From Alphaproteobacteria bacterium (GTDB taxonomy: Bacteria > Pseudomonadota > Alphaproteobacteria > Rickettsiales > 21-14-0-20-44-7): a DNA stretch of 24,000 nucleotides. Below, piece by piece: positions 1-8,709 of the stretch. Below the pieces are notes generated by a model, which was not told where the DNA came from, did not search any database, and worked only from the letters and a program-made list of their open reading frames with translations. Every line of letters begins with the position of its first letter. Position 1 is the stretch's first letter. Both the position numbers and the translations under genes were made by a program. The stretch lies in NCBI GenBank assembly GCA_043757405.1, contig JAYVPI010000005.1:76529-100528 (forward strand). The letters run 5' to 3'.

Positions 1-1085
1 ACGTTTTGGCCGGCGCCGTTGGTGAGGAGTTTGTTGTCGCGGAGTTTTTCGACCACTTTCAGGTTTTCGATTGGCTCTTTCAGTTTCAGTCCGAGGAGAA
101 GGCCTTTGCCGCGCACTTCGTCGACTAGGGATGGGTATTTATTCTGCAGGCTTTCTAATGCAGTTTTGAGTTTGTTGCTCATTTTTTGCACGTTATCGAG
201 GAAGCCTTTTTCCAGCACGACGTCGAGTACCGCATTACCTACCGCCATAGCTAATGGGTTGCCGCCAAAAGTTGTGCCGTGGCTACCGGTTTTTAAGGCT
301 TTACCGACATGTTCTTTCAACAACAATCCACCCAGCGGGAAGCCGCCGCCGATGCCTTTGGCGACTGCCATCAAATCAGGTTCGATGCCTGCCCATTCAT
401 GAGCAAATAATTTTCCGGTGCGTCCCACGCCGCATTGGACTTCATCGAGGAATAATAACAGGCCTTTTTCATCGCAAAGCTTGCGCAGCTCTGGCAGAAT
501 TTTGAGCGGCGCAATCGAGATTCCGCCTTCGCCCTGCACGGGCTCAATCAATATGGCGGCGGTTTGTGGCGTGATGGCTTTTTTGACAGCTTCGATAGCA
601 AGAGGCACTTTATCAAAACCATCGAGCAATGGCCCGAAGCCATCGGTCACTTTCGGTGTGCCGGTAGCAGCGATGGCACCCATTGTCCGCCCGTGGAATG
701 CGCCTTCAAAAGTTATGATGCGATATTTGTCCGGTTCGCCTTTTTCATCAAAATATTTACGCACCGCTTTGATGCCTGCTTCGATCGCTTCGGTGCCGGA
801 ATTGCAGAAAAACGCGGTATCGGCAAATGTGTTTTCCACCAGCCGGTCAGAGAGTTTTTTGAGCGGTTCGCTGTAGAAAATATTGGAGACATGCCAGAGC
901 TTTGCCGCCTGTTCGGTCAGGGCTTTGACCAAATGCGGGTGGCAGTGGCCAAGTGAATTCACCGCGATTCCAGAGAGGAAATCGAGGTATTTGGTGCCGT
1001 CTTTGGTGAATACATATGCCCCTTCGCCATGGTCAAGCGTAAGGTCAGCGCGGGCGTAGACGGGAAGGATGGGGGAAATGGTCAT
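1..1085 (-). CDS. argD: acetylornithine / class-III PLP-dependent aminotransferase (N-terminal ~361 codons; 3' end lies beyond the left edge)
   Basis: Absent from the ORF track because it runs off the window. The reverse complement from ATG (1085-1083) reads MTISPILPVYARADLTLDHGEGAYVFTKDGTKYLDFLSGIAVNSLGHCHPHLVKAL..FFCNSGTEAIEAGIKAVRKY..LLFLDEVQCGVGRTGKLFAHEW..MAVAKGIGGGFPLG..THGTTFGGNPLAMAVG. These are typical ArgD/class-III motifs. The + strand ORFs 19-402, 418-876 and 564-956 are its shadows. Confidence 0.88.
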   Translation of the reverse strand, partial: MTISPILPVYARADLTLDHGEGAYVFTKDGTKYLDFLSGIAVNSLGHCHPHLVKALTEQAAKLWHVSNIFYSEPLKKLSDRLVENTFADTAFFCNSGTEAIEAGIKAVRKYFDEKGEPDKYRIITFEGAFHGRTMGAIAATGTPKVTDGFGPLLDGFDKVPLAIEAVKKAITPQTAAILIEPVQGEGGISIAPLKILPELRKLCDEKGLLLFLDEVQCGVGRTGKLFAHEWAGIEPDLMAVAKGIGGGFPLGGLLLKEHVGKALKTGSHGTTFGGNPLAMAVGNAVLDVVLEKGFLDNVQKMSNKLKTALESLQNKYPSLVDEVRGKGLLLGLKLKEPIENLKVVEKLRDNKLLTNGAGQN

Positions 1086-1172
1086 GATAATTTTAGCTAA
1101 TAAAGCTTTTAGTACAGTGAGTAAATAGAGATTTGTTGATTTAGGAATTAATCTTTGTTAATCTACATAACT

Positions 1173-2183
1173 ATGGGAAAGGATAAAAACAAACAAAAGA
1201 CTAATGTAGAGGCCGCGAAACCGTGGTATCGCTCACAATATCTCGCGCCATTCGCGCTGCTGGCAGCATTTGCTGTTGGAGCGTTTACATGGGCGTTAAA
1301 AGAGCGGGCGAAGAATACGATCGCTGCAGAACATGCTCGTTATGGCAATTTATGGGAATATAAAGATCAGCTCCCTATTTCAATGATCGAGAAAAAGGGA
1401 GATAAATACTTGTTTGAGGAGTTTCTGCCGAAACTAAAAATGGTAGAAGGGAAATTCGATGTTAATGTTTATATTGGCAACCCGCCTGCAGATACTGCTT
1501 TAAAATTGACAGCAGTTCCAGCCGATTTAATTCCTTACATAAAAGATGGTTTAAATAAATGGAATCAATACTTTAATTTCAAATATGTGGATAAAATTGA
1601 AAATGCTGATGTGAAGATTTTTGGTGAGGGCGCAGTATTAAAGCTTTTAGAGCAGAACGGCAGGGCATTAACCCCGGATCTGTGGGGTCACGAATTATGG
1701 CAACGATTCTCACGCGATAAAGGCGTTATGGGATATACTATCCTGCTAAATTCGAATTATATTGATAATGGGCGTAAAAATCCTGAGTTCTTTAGATTTG
1801 TTACAGGCCATGAATTTGGGCATTTTTTAGGTTTGCGCCATCCTGACACCGTTCTTTATTTTGATATTAAGAAAGTTCGGGGGATTTCCAATCCCTTAGG
1901 GCAAGATGGGAAGTTAATCGGACAAATCCTTGCGGAACAAGCAGTCATGTACCCAAATTTTCCTAACTTCACTATTATGAGCGCTGATGGTTCGTTACAA
2001 GTTGGGAAAAGAGATCTGGGTGAATTTGATAAAAAGGCGATGGATATAGTTCTCAAACTTTTTCACGAGAAATACGGCGAACATTACCAACCGTCTGCAA
2101 AGCCTTCGGCTAAAGCTGACGGGCCGGAAATAACGAAATGGCGGCAGATCGCTATGTCTTCAACCGATAGCCGCGTGCGATAA
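1173..2183 (+). CDS. membrane-anchored metzincin-type zinc metalloprotease (M10-like)
   Basis: HEFGHFLGLRH at 1809-1841 matches HExxHxxGxxH. A Met-turn-like AVMYP follows (Met at 1947-1949). There is an N-terminal hydrophobic anchor, YLAPFALLAAFAVGAFTWAL. The start is ambiguous: ATG 1173, or TTG 1155, which has AGGA 8 nt upstream. Confidence 0.75.
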   Translation: MGKDKNKQKTNVEAAKPWYRSQYLAPFALLAAFAVGAFTWALKERAKNTIAAEHARYGNLWEYKDQLPISMIEKKGDKYLFEEFLPKLKMVEGKFDVNVYIGNPPADTALKLTAVPADLIPYIKDGLNKWNQYFNFKYVDKIENADVKIFGEGAVLKLLEQNGRALTPDLWGHELWQRFSRDKGVMGYTILLNSNYIDNGRKNPEFFRFVTGHEFGHFLGLRHPDTVLYFDIKKVRGISNPLGQDGKLIGQILAEQAVMYPNFPNFTIMSADGSLQVGKRDLGEFDKKAMDIVLKLFHEKYGEHYQPSAKPSAKADGPEITKWRQIAMSSTDSRVR

Positions 2184-2919
2184 GGCACCATACTACCAGC
2201 CACAGCACCAGATTAGCTGCCACCAGCATTATTGCGCCCAATACAACATTCCCATCCGAATAGCCCGTCATCCCGTAGCGGAAGCCGTCGATCATGTAGA
2301 AGAAGGGGTTGGCGTGGGCAACGGTTTGCCAGAAGGCGGGGAGGTTGTGGGTGGAGTAGAAAGTGCCGCTCAAGAATGAGAGCGGGGTGATTACGTAGCT
2401 GGTGATGGCGGCCATCTGGTCGAAGCTGTCGGAGAGGACGCCAGCCAGCAGGCCGAGAAGGGCGAGCATTACTGAGGCGGCGAGGACGAAGAATATGACT
2501 ACCAGGACATGTTCAACATGATATTCGATGAAAATGCGGATGGTGAGGGCGCTGATGATGCCGACCATTATGCCGCGCAGGACGGAGGCGCCGACTATGG
2601 CGAGGACAATTTCACCGGCGGAAAGCGGGGGCATCAACAGGTCAACCATGCTACCGAGGACTTTGCCCATGATGAAGGTGGAGGAGGCATTGGCGAAAAC
2701 CTGCTGGACGATGGTCATGATGATGAGGCCAGAGGCCATAAATTCGCCGAACGGGATATTGCCGATTTTTTGGACATGGCTGCCCAGAGAAAGGCTAAAT
2801 ACGGCGAGGAATAATAGCGAGGTGATTACAGGGGCGAGGAGGGTTTGGTTATAAACTTTCAAGAAACGTCGGACTTCTTTTTTGAAGAGAGTATATGTGC
2901 CTATTGCGTTGCCTAGCAT
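2152..2919 (-). CDS. ABC-2 type transporter permease (YadH/NodJ-like)
   Basis: A 255-aa polytopic membrane protein. Its N-terminus, FKKEVRRFLKVYNQTLLAPVITSLLFLAVF, follows the YadH-type ABC-2 permease pattern. About 6 hydrophobic helices. No ATPase partner gene is adjacent. Confidence 0.8.
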   Translation of the reverse strand: MLGNAIGTYTLFKKEVRRFLKVYNQTLLAPVITSLLFLAVFSLSLGSHVQKIGNIPFGEFMASGLIIMTIVQQVFANASSTFIMGKVLGSMVDLLMPPLSAGEIVLAIVGASVLRGIMVGIISALTIRIFIEYHVEHVLVVIFFVLAASVMLALLGLLAGVLSDSFDQMAAITSYVITPLSFLSGTFYSTHNLPAFWQTVAHANPFFYMIDGFRYGMTGYSDGNVVLGAIMLVAANLVLWLVVWCLIARGYRLKT

Positions 2920-2926
2920 AAATTTC

Positions 2927-2994
2927 CGTTTATCGTTTATCGTTTATCGTTTATCATAGTCTAATCATTAACGATTAACGGTCAACGATGAACG
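2927..2994. repeat. inverted repeat built from heptamers: (CGTTTAT)x4, 12-nt centre, then ATTAACG ATTAACG GTCAACG ATGAACG
   Basis: Read directly. The left arm is 2927-2954 and the right arm 2967-2994. Arm-to-arm pairing is 23 Watson-Crick, 2 G-T and 3 mismatches out of 28. It lies between the permease start (2919) and tadA; the tadA ATG (2988) is inside the last heptamer. Confidence 0.85.
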
Positions 2995-3419
2995 AATCTT
3001 TCATGGAAATTGCAATAGAAGAAGCACGCGCCGCCGCCGCCCGCGATGAAATTCCTGTCGGCGCTGTGATCGTGTGGAACGGCGAAGTAATCGCCAAAGC
3101 CGGTAATCGCAGCGAAGAATTCTACGACCCCACAGCGCATGCCGAGATGCTTGCCATCCGCGAAGCCTGCGACAAACTCGGTGCGCCGCGCATTCCGGAA
3201 TGTGATATCTACGTAACCCTGGAGCCCTGCACAATGTGCGCCGCTGCCATCAGCTTCTCCCGCATCCGCCGTTTATATTACGGCGCATCTGATCCAAAAA
3301 TGGGTGGAATATATACTTTCAGCCAGCCTACTTGCCATCATAAACCGGAAATTTATGACGGCATCAATGCGGAGATGAGCGCAGGGCTATTAAAAAGCTT
3401 TTTTGCCGGCAAAAGATAA
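2988..3419 (+). CDS. tadA: tRNA-specific adenosine deaminase
   Basis: 143 aa with the CMP/dCMP deaminase zinc motifs HAEMLAIREA and PCTMCAAAI, and the length typical of TadA. Confidence 0.92.
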   Translation: MNESFMEIAIEEARAAAARDEIPVGAVIVWNGEVIAKAGNRSEEFYDPTAHAEMLAIREACDKLGAPRIPECDIYVTLEPCTMCAAAISFSRIRRLYYGASDPKMGGIYTFSQPTCHHKPEIYDGINAEMSAGLLKSFFAGKR

Positions 3420-3433
3420 TGCTATAATAAGCC

Positions 3434-3619
3434 ATGCGCTTATCAGACATCAAAATGCCCGATCTCTCGAATATGGAACTCCCCGATATGGGCGACGGCA
3501 CTTCTTCAATCCTCATTTTCATCGGCGTCGCCATCATCGCGTTCCTGATTTTCCGCAAATTCATCAAAATGGCGATTTTCGTGGGTATCGTCATTTTGCT
3601 GGTGGAATACCTGGCTTAA
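3434..3619 (+). CDS. small two-helix membrane protein (hypothetical)
   Basis: A 61-aa ORF with hydrophobic stretches ILIFIGVAIIAFLIF and MAIFVGIVILLVEYL. An extended -10, TGCTATAAT (3420-3428), ends 5 nt before the ATG, and there is no SD. Confidence 0.45.
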   Translation: MRLSDIKMPDLSNMELPDMGDGTSSILIFIGVAIIAFLIFRKFIKMAIFVGIVILLVEYLA

Positions 3620-3636
3620 TTCCTTATAATGCGCCC

Positions 3637-3783
3637 ATGAGTATTAATATCGGCCCCTCCGGCCATACAATCTTATTTATAATCATCCTCATACTGCTCC
3701 TCACCGTAGGCCGCCGCATGGGCAAGCTAGGTTTCATCCTCGCAATCGGTTTAGCAATTTTTTATTTTATGAGATATAGATAG
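3637..3783 (+). CDS. small two-helix membrane protein (hypothetical)
   Basis: This is the distal part of track ORF 3403..3783, starting at ATG 3637: [54 protein letters not shown] (3625-3630) ends 6 nt before the ATG, and there is no SD. Confidence 0.35.
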   Translation: MSINIGPSGHTILFIIILILLLTVGRRMGKLGFILAIGLAIFYFMRYR

Positions 3784-3788
3784 TTATT

Positions 3789-5456
<1,668 letters not shown>

Positions 5457-5457
5457 G

Positions 5458-5799
5458 ATGAAAAAATCTGCAAAAATAATTTTAGGTCTTGCAGTCATTC
5501 TGATTATTGCAGTATTAGGTTACAATTTTTGGCAACCCAAAGATATGTTTTTATCAGATAAGATTGAAATATCGAAGGAAATGCAGGAATGTACTAATGA
5601 TTCTGAATGTACTGGTGTAATGCTGGGCTGCAAACTGCAAGGCATTAATAAAAAGTATAAGAAAGAATTGATACTCAGAAGCAGTCTGGAATTTGCTGAA
5701 ACGCAATTCGGATTTAACTGTTCATTTCCTAGCAACAACTCAGATGAAACGACGCCGGGAGTCTATTGCATGAACTCGAAATGCGGGACAAGATATTAG
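5458..5799 (+). CDS. N-terminally anchored or exported cysteine-rich protein (hypothetical)
   Basis: 113 aa. The ATG lies 1 nt after the ettA stop and has GAGGTGAG as its SD. The N-terminal hydrophobic segment is IILGLAVILIIAVLGY. The remainder has 7 Cys (ECTNDSECTGVMLGC .. NCS .. YCMNSKC). Confidence 0.6.
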   Translation: MKKSAKIILGLAVILIIAVLGYNFWQPKDMFLSDKIEISKEMQECTNDSECTGVMLGCKLQGINKKYKKELILRSSLEFAETQFGFNCSFPSNNSDETTPGVYCMNSKCGTRY

Positions 5800-5811
5800 T
5801 GACACAAAACA

Positions 5812-7644
5812 TTATTTCTTCTTCACCCACCATTCCATCAGCCCAAACCCAGCATCATATTTCGGCAGCGTCTCCGGATGCCCAAACTTATCCCAATACA
5901 ACAAGCGGAACGACCCAATATGCCATTGCGGGATGACGTAATAATTCCATAACAGCACCCGATCCAAGGCGCGGGTGGTGGCGATTAGGGTTTCTTTGTC
6001 GTGGGCGGCGATGATGGCTTCCACCAGTTTATCGACTATCGGGTTTTTGACGCCGAGATAATTCATCCCGCCCTTAGTTTCCGCGCTGCTTGAGTGCCAA
6101 TAGCTCATCTGCTCTGTCCCCGGCGCCAGGCTTTCGGCGAAAGTGTTGACAAAGCTGTCATATCCAAAACTGTCGAGCAGCTCTTTATATTGCGAAGTAT
6201 CGACGCTTTTCAGATTACTTTTGATACCCAGAATCTGCAGGTTGCGCTGGAACGGGCCCATAATGCGCTCGAATGACGAACCCTGCTGCAGCAAAATCTC
6301 TAATTCGAATTCCTCGCCTTTATCACTCACCAACACGCCATTACGAATATGCCAGCCAGCCTCGCCCAAGAGTTTTTGCGCCTCCAATAATCTGTCGCGA
6401 ATCCGCCCATTGCCATCCGATTCCGGCAATTTGAATTCCCTGGTGAACAACTCCACTGGTAATTCGTCGCGATATTGCTGCAGAATTTCCAGCTCCTTGC
6501 CCTCAGGCAAACCGGTGGAGGCATAAATCGAATTAGCGAAATAACTATTGGTTCGCGTATATGAGCCATAAAATAGATTCTTATTCATCCACTCAAAATC
6601 CATCGCCAGATTCAGTGCCTTGCGCACGCGGATATCCTTGAACTTATCACGCCGCAAATTCAGCGTGAAACATTGCATACCGCTCGGAATCTCATTTGGC
6701 AGTTTCACTTTGATAATCCGCCCATCTTTCACCGCCGGAATATTATATGAATTAGCCCAGTTCTTGGCGATGTTCTCATACCGCAAATCCACCGCGCCGG
6801 ATTTAAAAGCCTGGATCGCCACGTTCACATCGAGATAATATTCATGGCGGATTTTATCAAAATTATACCGGCCCTTATTCACCGGCAAATCCTTCGCCCA
6901 ATAATCATCGCGCCGCTTATATACAATCGCCCGTCCGGCATCGACGCGCTCTATCTTATAAGGTCCACTGCCGAGCGGCGCTTCCAGAGTGGTTTTGTTG
7001 AATTCATGTTTGGCATAATATGTTTTCGACAAAATCGGCAAACCGCCAATCAGCAATTTCAACTCGCGAGTTTTGGAGTTGGAAAATTCAAATCGGACTT
7101 TATATTTTTCCAACTTCACCACTGATTTTATCTCCGCGAATAAAATTTTATATTGTGGATGCCCGTCTTTTTTCAGCGTATTAAACGAATAAACCACATC
7201 ATCCGCCGTCACGCCGGAGCCGTCGGAAAACTTCGCCTCCGGGCGCAGATTGAAGATTATATATGTATTATCCTCCGGCATCTCCGCGCTTTCCGCCACT
7301 AATCCATATGCCGTGGAAGTCTCATCATCCGAGCCGCGCATCAGCGTATCGAACAATAAATCCGTATCAACAGCGGCGCGGCCTTTCAGGATAAACGGAT
7401 TAAGATTATCAAAACTCCCAATCTCCGGCAGCACGATTTCCCCGCCTTTGGGCGCATTAGGATCGACATAATCAAAGTTACGAAACAGCGCGGGATATTT
7501 GACATCACCATATGTAGAGACGGCGTGGCTTATCTCCATCGCTTGCGCGTTGGGTGAACGGAAAACGGTGAACAGTAAACTGATAAGAAAAAAATATTTC
7601 TTCCACTTACCGTTTATCGTTTTCCGTTTTCCGTTTGCTATCAC
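5812..7644 (-). CDS. ABC transporter substrate-binding protein, family 5 (YejA-like peptide/opine type)
   Basis: 610 aa with signal peptide KKYFFLISLLFTVFRSPNAQA. The mature N-terminus, STYGDVKYPALFRNFDYVDPNAPKGGEIVLPEIGSFDNLNPFILKG, is collinear with YejA-type SBPs. The GTG start (7644-7642) overlaps the upstream stop as GTGA. Confidence 0.88.
   Translation of the reverse strand: MIANGKRKTINGKWKKYFFLISLLFTVFRSPNAQAMEISHAVSTYGDVKYPALFRNFDYVDPNAPKGGEIVLPEIGSFDNLNPFILKGRAAVDTDLLFDTLMRGSDDETSTAYGLVAESAEMPEDNTYIIFNLRPEAKFSDGSGVTADDVVYSFNTLKKDGHPQYKILFAEIKSVVKLEKYKVRFEFSNSKTRELKLLIGGLPILSKTYYAKHEFNKTTLEAPLGSGPYKIERVDAGRAIVYKRRDDYWAKDLPVNKGRYNFDKIRHEYYLDVNVAIQAFKSGAVDLRYENIAKNWANSYNIPAVKDGRIIKVKLPNEIPSGMQCFTLNLRRDKFKDIRVRKALNLAMDFEWMNKNLFYGSYTRTNSYFANSIYASTGLPEGKELEILQQYRDELPVELFTREFKLPESDGNGRIRDRLLEAQKLLGEAGWHIRNGVLVSDKGEEFELEILLQQGSSFERIMGPFQRNLQILGIKSNLKSVDTSQYKELLDSFGYDSFVNTFAESLAPGTEQMSYWHSSSAETKGGMNYLGVKNPIVDKLVEAIIAAHDKETLIATTRALDRVLLWNYYVIPQWHIGSFRLLYWDKFGHPETLPKYDAGFGLMEWWVKKK
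7554..7638. repeat. inverted repeat built from heptamers: GTGAACG GAAAACG GTGAACA GTAAACT, 29 nt, then CGTTTAT CGTTTTC CGTTTTC CGTTTGC
   Basis: Read directly. The arms are 7554-7581 and 7611-7638, pairing as 21 Watson-Crick, 4 G-T and 3 mismatches out of 28. It uses the same CGTTTNN/NNAAACG unit as 2927-2994. It lies inside the first ~30 codons (n- and h-region of the signal peptide) of the SBP gene. Confidence 0.8.
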
Positions 7645-8561
7645 TTAAGATTCTTCTTAGCCGTTTCAAACACCGCCATCGCCTGCGCCACCATCGAGCC
7701 GGCGTCATTGGCATTGACTGGGAGAAGCATGGTAGTGGAAGTTTTAGCTAGCTCGCCGAATGCATCGATATATTTCTCAGCCACGCGCAAGGCCACGGCG
7801 TTCTCGCCGCCCTGTTCGTTGATTGCTTTGGCGACTTCACGGATACCGGCAGCGGTTGCGAATGCAACTTCCTTAATCGCTTCCGCCTGGCCTTTGGCGC
7901 GGTTAGTTTGGTCGGTTAATGCCGCCTCAGAACGCAGTACAACTTGTTGCTTATCAGCAGTCGCAAGGTTGATTACGGCCTGGCTCTTGCCTTCCGAGTT
8001 CAAAATCTCAGCACGTTTTTGCCTGTCAGCGGCAACCTGTAATTCCATCGCCTGCAAAACCGATTTCGGTGGCATGATATTGCGGATTTCATAGCGCATG
8101 CATTGCACGCCCCATTTTATCGCCGCTTCGTTGATTGCCATTACGATATTGGCGTTCATTGCTTCGCGCTCTTCAAAAGTTTTTTCCAGCGTAATCTTAC
8201 CAATTTCCGCGCGCATGGTTGTCTGCGCAAGCTGCGTCACCGCGTTATATGCGTTGGAAACGCCGTAAGAAGCTTCAACCGCATCGATAACTTTCACATA
8301 TAAGATACCGTCGATATTGAGCGTCACGTTATCCTTGGTAATCGCCGCCTGTTCGGAAACCTCGATAACTTGTTCTTTGAGCGAATGTTTATAGGCAACG
8401 CGCTGCACTGTAGGGATGATAATTTGCAATCCGCCTTCCTTAAAAACCTTCTCAAACCGCCCAAACCGCTCGATAATCCATGCTTCTTGTTGCGGCACGA
8501 CCTTGATGGTCATGAATAGGCCGATGATGAAAATTAGACCGATTACGATTACTACAATCAT
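7641..8561 (-). CDS. SPFH/band-7 (stomatin-like) membrane protein
   Basis: 306 aa with N-terminal TM segment IVVIVIGLIFIIGLFMTI, followed by the SPFH pattern VPQQEAWIIERFGRFEKV..GLQIIIP.. and a C-terminal coiled Ala/Gln-rich region. Confidence 0.88.
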   Translation of the reverse strand: MIVVIVIGLIFIIGLFMTIKVVPQQEAWIIERFGRFEKVFKEGGLQIIIPTVQRVAYKHSLKEQVIEVSEQAAITKDNVTLNIDGILYVKVIDAVEASYGVSNAYNAVTQLAQTTMRAEIGKITLEKTFEEREAMNANIVMAINEAAIKWGVQCMRYEIRNIMPPKSVLQAMELQVAADRQKRAEILNSEGKSQAVINLATADKQQVVLRSEAALTDQTNRAKGQAEAIKEVAFATAAGIREVAKAINEQGGENAVALRVAEKYIDAFGELAKTSTTMLLPVNANDAGSMVAQAMAVFETAKKNLK

Positions 8562-8623
8562 TTCATTCTCCGTTGTTATTTTGGATGATTTTATATCATT
8601 GCCGAGTAAAGTAAATGTAAACT

Positions 8624-8696
8624 GTCATTGCGAGCCAAGCGAAGCAATCCAGGATGGAATATGCGATGTAGATTTCTTCGCGCTGCTCGCAATGAC
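8624..8696. repeat. palindromic repeat element GTCATTGCGAGC ... GCTCGCAATGAC (REP/RPE-like)
   Basis: Perfect 12-bp terminal inverted repeat (8624-8635 with 8685-8696). Imperfect inner pairing of CAAGCGAAG with CTTCGCGCTG. It sits in the divergent intergenic region between the SPFH gene and the class-IV aminotransferase gene. Confidence 0.8.
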
Positions 8697-8709
8697 GAAA
8701 GGATAGAAC

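Noticed and set aside
19-956. Three plus-strand ORFs (19-402, 418-876, 564-956) of 127-152 aa
   Set aside because: They lie entirely antisense to a well-supported argD reading frame. Their translations are low-complexity (S/R/P/F-rich) with no motifs, so they are shadow ORFs.
2927-2954. The heptamer tandem array as a CRISPR array or a classical in-ORF phase-variation tract
   Set aside because: The units are contiguous 7-mers with no spacers, so this is not CRISPR. The perfect tract lies upstream of the permease ORF, not inside it. Any phase-variation role would act through promoter or UTR geometry and is unproven.
3403-3636. N-terminal part of the 126-aa ORF 3403-3783
   Set aside because: It overlaps the tadA end and the better-supported ORF 3434-3619 in another frame. 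Only the distal part from ATG 3637 was kept, as a low-confidence call.
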